64,000 nt of DNA from Verrucomicrobiaceae bacterium. GTDB taxonomy: Bacteria > Verrucomicrobiota > Verrucomicrobiia > Verrucomicrobiales > Akkermansiaceae. Position 1 is the stretch's first letter, and every line of letters starts with the position of its first letter. Positions 9,535 through 19,212 of this stretch are shown here, in pieces. Made by a program: the position numbers and the translations under genes. Below the pieces are notes generated by a model, which made no database searches, was not told the DNA's origin, and worked only from the letters and a program-made list of their open reading frames with translations. The stretch lies in contig JBPOGH010000007.1 of the NCBI GenBank assembly GCA_051252135.1, forward strand, positions 1 to 64,000. The letters are read 5' to 3'.

Positions 9535-10126
9535 TGTCGAATATCCGATGGAGGTCCGTGAATTGATCTCGGAGTTGAAGCGGCTGCCCGGGGTGGGACC
9601 GCGGAGTGCGGAGCGAATTGCGGTGCATCTTTTGCAGAACAGGAAGGCGACTCCGCTGGAGTTGGCAGGTGCGTTGCAGGCTTGTGACGAGAAGGTGAAG
9701 GCGTGCGAGGTGTGTGGATTTTTTGCGGGAGTTCTGGCGTGTCCGGTGTGTGATGAGAAGGGGCGTGAGACGCACTTGATTTGTGTGGTGGAGCAGCCGA
9801 CGGATGTGATTCCGATTGAGCGTTCGGGGGTTTACCGGGGGATGTATCATTGTCTGGGAGGGCGGCTTTCGCCGCTGGACGATGTGCGTCCGGAGGATTT
9901 ACGGATTGGCGGGTTGGTGAGGCGGGTGCGTGAGGTGCCGGGGATGGAGGTGATTTTAGCGACGAGTTCCGATGTGGAGGGGGAGGCGACGGCGCATTAC
10001 CTATCGGATGCGCTGGGGAATCTTGATTGCACGGTGACGCGGCTGGCGCAGGGACTTCCGGCGGGAGGCGGGCTGGAATATGCGGATGAGCTGACACTGA
10101 CGCGGGCGTTTGAGGGGCGGCGTTGA
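9527..10126 (+). CDS. recR: Recombination mediator RecR
   Basis: LPGVGPRSAERIA HhH, C4 zinc finger, ICVVE..DV, Toprim ILAT..DVEGEATA, TRLAQGLP. Confidence 0.97.
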   Translation: MASVEYPMEVRELISELKRLPGVGPRSAERIAVHLLQNRKATPLELAGALQACDEKVKACEVCGFFAGVLACPVCDEKGRETHLICVVEQPTDVIPIERSGVYRGMYHCLGGRLSPLDDVRPEDLRIGGLVRRVREVPGMEVILATSSDVEGEATAHYLSDALGNLDCTVTRLAQGLPAGGGLEYADELTLTRAFEGRR

Positions 10127-10170
10127 TAACTGGTGATTGATCCTCTCCCAATCGGGAGTAGGCTCGCTGC

Positions 10171-11439
10171 GTGGCGGGAAAGATCACACTTGAGCAGCTT
10201 AAAGGATCGGCACCTGAAGGGGGCTTTTTTCAGGATCGCGAGTGGCTTTGGTCTCCAAAGCCCTTCGAGTTATCGAAAAAGGAACGGAAGGCTTTGGTGG
10301 GATTGGGTCATCCGCTGAATCGTTTTCAGCAGGCGTGCGATGCGCTTTACCGCAGGAGCGCGGAGGGGAAGGTGACGCCCTGGATTTCCGAGGTTCTTGA
10401 TGCGGGGAAGCCGACGTGGTTGGTGGATCACCAGCGGTCGGCAGGACAGCGGGAGGTGGTGCCCCGGGTGATTCGTCCTGATTTGTTGCTGACGGAGGAT
10501 GGCTTTTCGGTGTCCGAGCTGGATTCGGTGCCGGGAGGGATCGGGACTTTGGCGTGGTTGAGTCAAACTTATGCCGGGGCGGGATTTGATTTGTTGGGTG
10601 GTGCGAACGGGATGCCGGAGGGATTTCGGTCGTTGTTTCCCGAAGGAGCGGAGATTTTGGTTTCCGAGGAGTCATCGGATTACCGGCCTGAGATGGATTG
10701 GCTGGCAGGAGCGTTGGGGGGAGATTTTTCCACGATGGCGGCGGAGGAATGGGCGGGGGGAGAGCGGGAGGTGTATCGATTTTTTGAGTTGTTTGATTGG
10801 GAGTCGATCCCGCTGGCGAAGCAGCTCGCGGAACGGGGTGGGGTGACTCCGCCCTTTAAGCCGCACTTTGAGGAGAAGATGTGGCTGGCATTGTTTTGGA
10901 CGCCATCGCTGCGGAAGATATGGGAAACGGAGTTGCGCGGGAGTCATTTCCGGAGGTTGCGGGAGTTGATTCCGCATGGCTGGGTGGTGGATCCGACGGA
11001 GCTTCCGCCGCATGCGGCCTTGCCCCGGCTGGGGGTGAATTCCTGGGACGAGGTGGCGGAGTTTAGCCAGAAGGAGCGCCGGTTGGTGCTCAAGGTGAGC
11101 GGGTTCAACGAGTTGGCGTGGGGATCACGCGGGGTGATCATTGGACATGATGTGTCGTCGGGTGAGTGGGCGGAATCGATTCGTCAAGCGACGGAAGATT
11201 TCGATCAGCAGCCCTGGGTGATGCAGGAATTCAGCGAGACGCGTCTGGTGGAGCATCCTTACTTTGATTCTGAAACAGGCGAAGAGCGGCTGATGGTGGG
11301 ACGGGCGAGATTATGCCCATATTACTTTGTGGACGGGGAAGGAAAGACCACGTTGGGAGGTTGCCTTGCGACGATTGTTCCGGCGGACAAGAAGAAGATT
11401 CACGGGATGCGGGACGGGATTTTGGTTCCGTGCATGTAG
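10171..11439 (+). CDS. Uncharacterised ATP-grasp-like protein (glutathionylspermidine synthase-like)
   Basis: RPDLLL..GFSVSELDSVPGG, LVLKVSG..AWGSRGV, WVMQEF, ARLCPYYF; GTG start. Confidence 0.6.
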   Translation: MAGKITLEQLKGSAPEGGFFQDREWLWSPKPFELSKKERKALVGLGHPLNRFQQACDALYRRSAEGKVTPWISEVLDAGKPTWLVDHQRSAGQREVVPRVIRPDLLLTEDGFSVSELDSVPGGIGTLAWLSQTYAGAGFDLLGGANGMPEGFRSLFPEGAEILVSEESSDYRPEMDWLAGALGGDFSTMAAEEWAGGEREVYRFFELFDWESIPLAKQLAERGGVTPPFKPHFEEKMWLALFWTPSLRKIWETELRGSHFRRLRELIPHGWVVDPTELPPHAALPRLGVNSWDEVAEFSQKERRLVLKVSGFNELAWGSRGVIIGHDVSSGEWAESIRQATEDFDQQPWVMQEFSETRLVEHPYFDSETGEERLMVGRARLCPYYFVDGEGKTTLGGCLATIVPADKKKIHGMRDGILVPCM

Positions 11440-11448
11440 AGGCAGAGA

Positions 11449-11480
11449 AAAAGGCCGGCTTCCGGAGAAGGCGGCCTTTT
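11449..11480. terminator. Bidirectional intrinsic terminator
   Basis: AAAAGGCCG..CTTC CGGA GAAG..CGGCCTTTT between convergent genes. Confidence 0.8.
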
Positions 11481-11500
11481 GAAAATTTCAGCGCGAGGAA

Positions 11501-12103
11501 TTACTTCCAGTTGTAGATGTTATCGAGGTTGTTCTCGTTACCAATCTTTCCGTCCTTGCCGTAGCAGTAGATGAGATACTTGCGGCCATACTGGATTTCG
11601 TTTCCAAGGGAGGAAGGCTCCTGGATTTCCTTGTCGTAGTCGTAATCGAAAATGACGAAGTAGTAGCGGTCATCCTTGTTTTTGGTTTTCCAGGGGCCGA
11701 AGAGCTGGGCTTCGGTCTGGGTGCGGTAGAGTCCGTCGACGAGGTTGTTGCCCTTGCCTTTGGCTTTTTTGAATTCGAAGTAAGCGGTGCGGGAAGGGTT
11801 TTCGGCCTGGGCGCTTTCGAGTCCGCAAAGAACGGACATGAGCTCGTTGTCGGTGCGCTTTTCGACGTCTGTTGCGTAGTCGCCACCGAGGGGGAGTTGG
11901 TTTTCCTTATCGAAGTAGAGTTCGATGGACTTGGAGAGGGCTTCGATAGCAGCGCGAGATTTCGCTTCCTTGGCCTTGTTGAGAGCCATTCCAGCCCCGG
12001 CAATGGCGAGGGTGGCGAGGATGGCAATGATCGAAATAACGACCAGAAGTTCGACGAGGGTGAAGCCCTTTCGGGAGGTGAGAGATGATGAATGTGCTTT
12101 CAT
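11501..12103 (-). CDS. Prepilin-type N-terminal cleavage/methylation protein (pseudopilin-like)
   Basis: RKGFTLVELLVVISIIAILA class III signal. Confidence 0.9.
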   Translation of the reverse strand: MKAHSSSLTSRKGFTLVELLVVISIIAILATLAIAGAGMALNKAKEAKSRAAIEALSKSIELYFDKENQLPLGGDYATDVEKRTDNELMSVLCGLESAQAENPSRTAYFEFKKAKGKGNNLVDGLYRTQTEAQLFGPWKTKNKDDRYYFVIFDYDYDKEIQEPSSLGNEIQYGRKYLIYCYGKDGKIGNENNLDNIYNWK

Positions 12104-12275
12104 GAAGTAGACGATGTTGAGAGACTAATTGGGTTTCGGGAGCTTTGGCAACCTTCACCTTTTCTGGAATGACTTTGTAAATACAAAATATCACAAGTTG
12201 ATTGGGTGGTCCAAGAGAAATTTTGCCAAGTAGATCTACAGTTGTGGGGAAGGTCAAGCTGGTCCACACTCCGGC

Positions 12276-14687
12276 ATGGCAGGAAAGACTCCCCGACAAA
12301 CTCCGCTTCATAAGCGTATTCTCGCCCTCCTTAGTGGGGAAGGTGGACGCCCTTTGAACAAGAGTGAGCTGGCGAAAGAATTGGGGCTACGGAGCGCGGA
12401 GAAATCAAAATTACGTGAGGTTCTCCGCAGCATGGAGCGGGTGGGCGAAATTACCTATGGGAAGAAGGGGCGTTTCTCGGTGGCGGGTGCAGCTCCTGAA
12501 AAGGTTGAACGGAAGAACGCGAGCCGCCCGCCGAGGGCATCGGCTCCATCCAGGGCTTCAGGTGTTCCCAAGTTGGTGGGAGTGATTCGACTGAATCCGG
12601 CCGGTCATGGCTGGTTCCTTCCCAGTTATACCGATGAGGGGAATTTGAACAGCGGGGTGGATCTTTCGAAGAAGCCGAGATTTTATGTGGCTTCGAATGG
12701 TTTGGGGACGGCGCTTGATGGTGATACGGTGCGGGTTCGGCTGGTGAAGCCGACGGGGCGTCCGCCAGCGAGCCGGAAGGGAATGAAGCCGGACATGCGG
12801 GGTCGGGTGGAGGAGGTCATCGAGCGGCGCTCGGGGATTGTGACGGGAACGTTTCGGAAGTCCGGGAAGAGCGGAAGGCTTGAGACGACGGATACGAGGG
12901 TTCCGAACGGGATTCGGATTACGGATAGCATGGGGGCGAAGACCGGCCAGATTGTGGTGATCAAGATCACGGAGTGGAAACACGAAAATGACGAGCCACA
13001 GGGTCACGTGGTGGAAGTTTTGGGATTCCCGGGTGAGCCGGGGGTGGATGTGGAGGAGATCATTGCCTCGCATGGAGTGGCGCGTGGGTTTCCCCCCGAG
13101 GTGGAGGAAGAGGCGAAGAAGATTCCTGAAAAGATTCCAGGAGAGGAATACAAGCGACGTGAAGACTGGAGGGACCGTGATGTCATCACGATCGACCCGG
13201 TGACGGCGAAAGATTTCGACGATGCAGTGTGGGTGCAGAAGACGGAGACGGGTTGGAGGCTTGCGGTGCACATCGCCGATGTTTCCTATTATGTGAAGCC
13301 GGGGACGGCTTTGGATCGCGAGGCGATGGAGCGTGGGAACTCGACCTATTTGGTAGACCGGGTGATTCCGATGCTTCCGGAGGTGTTGAGTAACGGGGTG
13401 TGTTCGCTAAATCCCGGAGTGGACCGTCTGACGAAGTGTGCGGTGATGGAATTTGGGCCGGCGGGAGCGATGAAGAATGCGCGTTTTGTGGATGCGGTGA
13501 TTTGCACGCCCCGGAAATTTGCCTACGAGGAGGCTCAGGAAATTCTGGAAGATAAGATCGATGGCGGGAAGCTGGGCGATCATATTCGGGAAGCGTGGAA
13601 GCTAGCGAGTGTGTTGCGGAAGCGTCGCTTCAAGCAGGGTGGTCTGGACATGGATATGCCGGAGGTCACGCTGATGATTAATAACAAGGGGGTTCCCTCG
13701 GGATATAAGAAGGACGAGTACAATGAGAGTCACCAGCTGATTGAGGAATTTATGTTGGCTGCGAACGAAGCGGTGGCGGTGAAGATCAAGAATTCCCATC
13801 GTCCCTGCATCTACCGGACGCACGGTGATCCGGATCCTGACCGGCTTAATGAGTTTGCGGAGCTGGCGAGATCGCACGGTTATCAGCCGGGTGATTTGAC
13901 GAACCGGAGGCACATTCAGGAGTTGATTGATGCGGCGAAGGGGAGTCTGGAAGAGCATGCGATCAAGTTGGGCTTGCTGAAGAGCATGCAGCGGGCGGTT
14001 TATGCGGCGACACCGGATGGGCACTATGGATTGGCGAAGTCAGATTACTGTCACTTTACGAGTCCGATCCGGCGTTATGCGGATTTGATTGTGCACCGGT
14101 CGTTGCAGAAGTTTCTCGATAATCCTCCGGCGAAACTGGACAAGCTCCCAAATCAGGAGGGGTGTGAGGACATTGCAACCCATATTTCGGAAACGGAACG
14201 GACGAGTGCGAGCGCGGAGAATGAGAGTCGCCGCATGAAGATGCTGGAGTGGCTTGAGCTGGGAATGGCTTACAAGGAGCCGCCGGTCTTCGACGCGATC
14301 GTGACGGAAGTGAGATCGATGGGGCTCTTCATTGAGTGCACCGATATCATGCAGCGGGGGGTGGTGAAGCGTGAGGGGCTTCCGGAGGGTTACTGGAGTT
14401 TCGAGGCGAACTCGGCGCGCTTTGCGAAGCGGAGCGGGGAGAGTCTCAGTTCGGGGAGCCGACTGAAGGTGAAGGTCTCCGAGGTGGACCGGATTAATAT
14501 GCGGGTCGACTTTGAAGTGGTGGCTCTGGTGGGATCGACAACATCCAAGGCGACGGAATCTTCCGGGAGACGGTCGGAGGGGAGGACTGCGGAAGGGAAG
14601 AAATCCGGAGGGGGCGATCGGCGTCCCGCGCGGAAGTCATCGGGATCGAAGGGGGGATCGAGCGGATCGCGCCGGAGGCGGAAGTAG
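12276..14687 (+). CDS. rnr: Ribonuclease R
   Basis: N-terminal HTH, TIDPVTAKDFDDA, VHIADVS, HFTSPIRRYADL, S1 domain, basic tail. Confidence 0.95.
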   Translation: MAGKTPRQTPLHKRILALLSGEGGRPLNKSELAKELGLRSAEKSKLREVLRSMERVGEITYGKKGRFSVAGAAPEKVERKNASRPPRASAPSRASGVPKLVGVIRLNPAGHGWFLPSYTDEGNLNSGVDLSKKPRFYVASNGLGTALDGDTVRVRLVKPTGRPPASRKGMKPDMRGRVEEVIERRSGIVTGTFRKSGKSGRLETTDTRVPNGIRITDSMGAKTGQIVVIKITEWKHENDEPQGHVVEVLGFPGEPGVDVEEIIASHGVARGFPPEVEEEAKKIPEKIPGEEYKRREDWRDRDVITIDPVTAKDFDDAVWVQKTETGWRLAVHIADVSYYVKPGTALDREAMERGNSTYLVDRVIPMLPEVLSNGVCSLNPGVDRLTKCAVMEFGPAGAMKNARFVDAVICTPRKFAYEEAQEILEDKIDGGKLGDHIREAWKLASVLRKRRFKQGGLDMDMPEVTLMINNKGVPSGYKKDEYNESHQLIEEFMLAANEAVAVKIKNSHRPCIYRTHGDPDPDRLNEFAELARSHGYQPGDLTNRRHIQELIDAAKGSLEEHAIKLGLLKSMQRAVYAATPDGHYGLAKSDYCHFTSPIRRYADLIVHRSLQKFLDNPPAKLDKLPNQEGCEDIATHISETERTSASAENESRRMKMLEWLELGMAYKEPPVFDAIVTEVRSMGLFIECTDIMQRGVVKREGLPEGYWSFEANSARFAKRSGESLSSGSRLKVKVSEVDRINMRVDFEVVALVGSTTSKATESSGRRSEGRTAEGKKSGGGDRRPARKSSGSKGGSSGSRRRRK

Positions 14688-14715
14688 GTTTGGCCTTATG
14701 GGGCTGGAAGCAGCC

Positions 14716-14736
14716 GGACCTTTCGGAGAAAGGTCC
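14716..14736. terminator. Perfect inverted repeat between convergent rnr and hisI (terminator or REP-like)
   Basis: GGACCTTTC-GGA-GAAAGGTCC. Confidence 0.55.
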
Positions 14737-14748
14737 CTGCCTTGTTGG

Positions 14749-15198
14749 CTACTTTTTACCGTAGACTTCGTCGGGGTCGAAGGTGCGCTCGTCGTCGACG
14801 AATTTTGTTTCGACGGGATTGCTGGGGAATTCGACGGCACGATAGAAGCAGGAGCGGCGGCCGGTGTGGCAGGCTCCTTCACCTTGCTGGGTGACGTAGA
14901 GGATGAGGGCGTCCTGATCGCAGTCAGTGCGGATCTCGTGGATTTTCTGGGTGTGTCCGGAGGTGGCGCCCTTGTGCCAAAGTTCCTGACGGGAGCGTGA
15001 GTAGTAGACGGCTTCGCCCTTTTCGAGGGTGAGCTTTACGGACTCGGCGTTCATGTAGGCGAGCATGAGGGGCTCGCGGGATTCGTGGTCGATGGCCATG
15101 GCGGGGATGAGTCCATCGGCATCGAACTTCGGACAGAATCCGAGAGTTTCATCGAGTTCGCGTTTTTCGGGACGCGGGGAAAATTCCAGCTCGCTCAT
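14749..15198 (-). CDS. hisI: Phosphoribosyl-AMP cyclohydrolase
   Basis: LMLAYMN, YYSRSRQELWHKGATSG, DCDQDA, ACHTGRRSCFY. Confidence 0.97.
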   Translation of the reverse strand: MSELEFSPRPEKRELDETLGFCPKFDADGLIPAMAIDHESREPLMLAYMNAESVKLTLEKGEAVYYSRSRQELWHKGATSGHTQKIHEIRTDCDQDALILYVTQQGEGACHTGRRSCFYRAVEFPSNPVETKFVDDERTFDPDEVYGKK

Positions 15199-15217
15199 GG
15201 GCGGGAGCCTTCAACAG

Positions 15218-16006
15218 TTAGGGGAGATGGTCGAGACAATACTCGTTGTCATCCTCCGCGACGCGGAATTCGAGATTGGGGTCGGAGATCTCGGTGCGGT
15301 TGCACGTTTCACAGCGGTGAAGAGTGGGTGTTCCGCCGGATTGGTCGGCCTGGAAGCGGTTGCGACGATGGGTGACGCGAGATTTCAGTTTGCGCCATTT
15401 CCAGAGGTGGGGGATGGCCCAGATGAGGTAGGGGAGGTAGGCGATGGCGTAGAAGCCAAAGAGGATGGGGGCGGAAAAGCAGCGCAGGAGGATGCCGACG
15501 CCGGCAAGGGCGGCGAGGATCCAGACTTTCACCGGAAGGACAAACATGAGGAGGAAGGTGTAGTCCGGGAGGATGGTGGCGAAGGCGAAGAAGATCGCGA
15601 GATAGTACATGTGGGAATCGATGCCCACGGGGAAGACGTTGCTTAAGAGTCCCTGGCAGATGATGACGGCGTAGACGTAGATGGAGGTGCGGGTGGGTCC
15701 CCAGGCTTGTTCGAGGACGTCGTTGAAGAGGTAGAAGAGCCTCACGGTGATGAACATGATGAGGGCGGGGAAGACGAGGCTGCCACCGGCCGCGGGGGGA
15801 AGGATGGGCGGAAGGAGGACGAAGCTGAAGAGGCGCCAGACCTGTCCATCCATGACGAGGTTGATATCCGGGAAAACAACGTCGAGGGCTTTGGGGTTGA
15901 AGATGAGGACGACAAAGAAGAGAGCCTGCAGGAGGGCAAGGGCGCGGATGAGTCCGGGGAAGGCCATCCATGAGAGACGGCTTTCGATAGTGAATCGTTT
16001 TTGCAA
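15218..16006 (-). CDS. Membrane protein, rhomboid/Derlin-like fold, with C-terminal Cys/His cluster
   Basis: GQVWRLFSF motif, multiple TMs, FVLPVKVW, HRCETC...YCLDH; start uncertain. Confidence 0.7.
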   Translation of the reverse strand: MQKRFTIESRLSWMAFPGLIRALALLQALFFVVLIFNPKALDVVFPDINLVMDGQVWRLFSFVLLPPILPPAAGGSLVFPALIMFITVRLFYLFNDVLEQAWGPTRTSIYVYAVIICQGLLSNVFPVGIDSHMYYLAIFFAFATILPDYTFLLMFVLPVKVWILAALAGVGILLRCFSAPILFGFYAIAYLPYLIWAIPHLWKWRKLKSRVTHRRNRFQADQSGGTPTLHRCETCNRTEISDPNLEFRVAEDDNEYCLDHLP

Positions 16007-16056
16007 AGCGTGAAAACAATGAGGATTGCAGTCGGGTTGACAAGTCTGATCGCCCG

Positions 16057-17085
16057 CTATTGGGGGTGAACTTTCAGGCAGGAGTCATCGGGGGGGATGG
16101 GAGGGCCGACCTGATCGACGGGGTGGGTGAAGAGGTATTTCCAAACGGCGAGGTGGGTGTAGTCACCGTTCTTTGTTTTTGGGGAGTATTTTTCGGGGAG
16201 GACGGCGCCGTGGGCTTTGTTGGCATCGTTTCCGACGTCGAAGTCGGTGATGAGGCGGCGGGTGTTGTTGTAGGGAGGTTTGGATTGTTCGACGTTTACG
16301 ATGGGGCCGAAGTCGTTCATGCCGAGGAGTTCCCATGAGCGGCAGTAGTGGTCGGAGGCCCAGCCCATATCGAGGACGTGGGAGAAGCCGAAGTAGCGAT
16401 TTGCCGGGGTGGCGGAGGGGAGGGCCTGCCAGGTCTGGTGTTGATCGCGGGGGCCGCAGAGGGCGACGACGCGGCTGACCTTGGTGTGCTTGGCGAGGCG
16501 GGCGGCGGTGGTGGAGCCGTGGGAGCTGCCGGAGAGGATGACGTCATCCCAGCGGAGGTCGGTTTTGTCCGCATTGAGGAAGTGGGACCATTTGCCCTGC
16601 GGGTGTTCGTTGGCGAGGTGTTTGACGAATTGGAAGGCGCGCTCCTTGAGGGAGTCGGGCTTGGGGATGGCGACCTCGTCGGAGTGGTCTTCGCCGGTGG
16701 CGGCTTCGAGCCGGATGTTGCCGCGGCAGTGCTCCGAGACGGGGCGGCCCTTGCAGCAGATGGAGAACCATTTGTTGGCGTATTCGACGCGGATGGTGTG
16801 GAGGCCCTGTTGGTTGAGGATGCGGAAGAACTCCGGGTTGTGGCCCATGAGCCAGATGACGAGCTTGCCGCGCGGGGGGACGCTGGTATCGACCGAGGCG
16901 TGCTGGACATCGGCGGGCTTTCCATTTTTCTCGATGAGGAAGCCGATCCCGGGGTGGGCTTTGACGCGGGAGTCGATCTCGCTGGCGCGGGCGGTGAGTT
17001 GGTAGTGCTGTGGCTGGGGGTCGTCGAAGGTGAGGGGAGCGGCCGTGGCATGGGCGGCGAAGAGAAGGAAGAGGAGACGGGGCAT
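16057..17085 (-). CDS. Secreted alpha/beta-hydrolase-like protein (BPSS1187-like)
   Basis: Signal peptide; W..VILSGSSHGS elbow-like motif, YFGFSH..D. Confidence 0.65.
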   Translation of the reverse strand: MPRLLFLLFAAHATAAPLTFDDPQPQHYQLTARASEIDSRVKAHPGIGFLIEKNGKPADVQHASVDTSVPPRGKLVIWLMGHNPEFFRILNQQGLHTIRVEYANKWFSICCKGRPVSEHCRGNIRLEAATGEDHSDEVAIPKPDSLKERAFQFVKHLANEHPQGKWSHFLNADKTDLRWDDVILSGSSHGSTTAARLAKHTKVSRVVALCGPRDQHQTWQALPSATPANRYFGFSHVLDMGWASDHYCRSWELLGMNDFGPIVNVEQSKPPYNNTRRLITDFDVGNDANKAHGAVLPEKYSPKTKNGDYTHLAVWKYLFTHPVDQVGPPIPPDDSCLKVHPQ

Positions 17086-17169
17086 GAGGAAGGAACGTGA
17101 GGGAAAGGAATCTCCTTACAAGGGGGATTTCCGGGTTGTGGGGTTGGGGGGATTCCTTAGGGTTGGGGC

Positions 17170-19212
17170 ATGATTTTTCGGAAGGTGCTGTTGTTGTTAG
17201 GGTTACTGGTTTTTGGGGCTCAGGGAGCGTCGAAGCCGAATATTATTTTCATACTGACGGATGATTTGGGGTATGGGGATTACGGGGTGTTTTTTCAGAA
17301 TTTGAGGAAGGAGCAGGGGGATCGGTCCGAGCCCTGGCATATCACGCCTGAGCTGGATGAGATGGCGGCGGGGGGGATTCAGTTGCGGCATTATTATTGT
17401 GCGGCACCGGTTTGCGCGCCGTCGAGGGGGTCACTTTTACACGGGGTGCATCAGGGGCATGCGAATATCCGGGACAACATGTTTGATCAGGAACTGGACG
17501 ATAATCACACCTTGGCGACGGTGCTGAAGGGGGCGGGTTATGCGACGGCAGCGATTGGAAAATGGGGACTGCAGGGCGGAGGAAAGGAAGAGAAGGCCAA
17601 GCATGGGGAGAAGGCGAAGAAGAAGGGGGACCCGAAAAAGTGGCCGAGTTACCCGACGAAGCGGGGTTTTGATTTTTTCCATGGCTACGTGAGGCACCGG
17701 GACGGGCACATGCACTATCCAAAAGAGGATCATAAGGAAGTGTGGGAGAACGAGGAGGAGATCTCGGATGGGCTCGACAAGTGTTTCACGACCGATTTGT
17801 TTACGGCGCGGGCAAAGAAGTGGATTGCGGATCAGAAGAAGGACGAGCCGGAGAAGCCGTTTTTTCTCTATCTGGCGTATGACACGCCGCATGCGATCCT
17901 GCAGCTGCCGCCGAGTGAGTTTCCGAAGGAGGGGCTGAAGTGGTTGGGTCAGAAGGGGAAGATGATCAATTCGGCGGTGGGGAAAGTGGATGGCTACACG
18001 CATCCGGATTATGCGAAGGCGAAGTGGGATCACGATGGGGATGCTTCGACGCCGGAGCAGTCATGGCCTGACGTGTATCAGCGGTATGCCACGAATGTGC
18101 GGCGGATTGATGATTGCGTGGGTGATTTGCTGAAGCTGCTTAAGGAGATGGAGATCGATGAGGATACGCTGGTGGTGTTTACGACGGACAACGGGCCGAG
18201 CAAGGAATCGTATCTGCCGGAAGGTTATCGCCCGGACTTTTTTAATTCCTTTGGGCCCTTTGATGGGATCAAGCGGGATGTTTACGAAGGAGGGGTGAGA
18301 GCGGGTGCGTTGGTGCGGTGGCCGAAGTCTGCGGTGAAGGGAGCGGTGAGTGATTTGCCGTGTCAGGCGCATGATTGGATGGCGACCTTTGCGGAGGTGG
18401 CGGGAGTGGCGGTGCCGGCGCGGAGTGACGGGGTGTCGTTGGTGCCGGCCTTGACGGGGAAGGGTGAGCAACAGGAGCCGCTGGTGTATGTGGAATATTT
18501 AAATTCGGGGAAGATGCCGAATTATCCGGAGTTTGAGAAGCGGCGTCGGGGTGCGGTGCGGAAGCAGATGCAGATGATCCGCTTTGGGGCCCATGTGGGG
18601 GTGCGTTACAACGTGAAGAATCACGCGACACCGTTTGAGATTTATGATGTGGCGAAGGATCCGAAGCAGCTGAAGGATTTGGCGAAGGAGATGCCGGAGC
18701 TGCAGCGGAGGATGAAGGACGAGGTGTTACGGAACCGGAGGCCGCATGCAAAGGCGAAGCGGCCTTACGACAGGGAGTTGGTGCCGTCGTTAGGCGAGGT
18801 GGAGTCGAAGCCGGGAGTGAAGGTGGAGATTTTTCAATCGGGATCGCCTTGGTTGGCTAGACTCGATGATTTGATGAGTGTTGAGAATGGGGCGGCGCCT
18901 TTGATTAAGGGAGGGAGACCATCTGGAGGGTATTCCACTCTAGTGAGCGGTTACATCGAGGTTCCGAGGGACGGGGAATACGTGTTCTCGGTTTCGGGAG
19001 GAGGAGAGGCCCTGTTGCGCATTCATGGAGCGACGGTGGTTGATGCTGCTTATGGAGAGAATAACGACGCGAGTTTGGGTTCAGTTTTGCTGAAGGCGGG
19101 GAAGCATCCCTTCCGGTTTTATCGGAAGGCCTCGGGTAAAAATGTGAGTCTTGAGATGTCAGGGCCAGGGATTTCGAAGGGGGAGATTCCGGCGGGGATG
19201 TTGTCGCGCTAG
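17170..19212 (+). CDS. Formylglycine-dependent sulfatase with C-terminal PA14-like domain
   Basis: KPNIIFILTDDLGYGD, CAPSR, GKWGL, TDNGP, YEGGVR; GYIEVP.DGEYVF. Confidence 0.92.
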   Translation: MIFRKVLLLLGLLVFGAQGASKPNIIFILTDDLGYGDYGVFFQNLRKEQGDRSEPWHITPELDEMAAGGIQLRHYYCAAPVCAPSRGSLLHGVHQGHANIRDNMFDQELDDNHTLATVLKGAGYATAAIGKWGLQGGGKEEKAKHGEKAKKKGDPKKWPSYPTKRGFDFFHGYVRHRDGHMHYPKEDHKEVWENEEEISDGLDKCFTTDLFTARAKKWIADQKKDEPEKPFFLYLAYDTPHAILQLPPSEFPKEGLKWLGQKGKMINSAVGKVDGYTHPDYAKAKWDHDGDASTPEQSWPDVYQRYATNVRRIDDCVGDLLKLLKEMEIDEDTLVVFTTDNGPSKESYLPEGYRPDFFNSFGPFDGIKRDVYEGGVRAGALVRWPKSAVKGAVSDLPCQAHDWMATFAEVAGVAVPARSDGVSLVPALTGKGEQQEPLVYVEYLNSGKMPNYPEFEKRRRGAVRKQMQMIRFGAHVGVRYNVKNHATPFEIYDVAKDPKQLKDLAKEMPELQRRMKDEVLRNRRPHAKAKRPYDRELVPSLGEVESKPGVKVEIFQSGSPWLARLDDLMSVENGAAPLIKGGRPSGGYSTLVSGYIEVPRDGEYVFSVSGGGEALLRIHGATVVDAAYGENNDASLGSVLLKAGKHPFRFYRKASGKNVSLEMSGPGISKGEIPAGMLSR

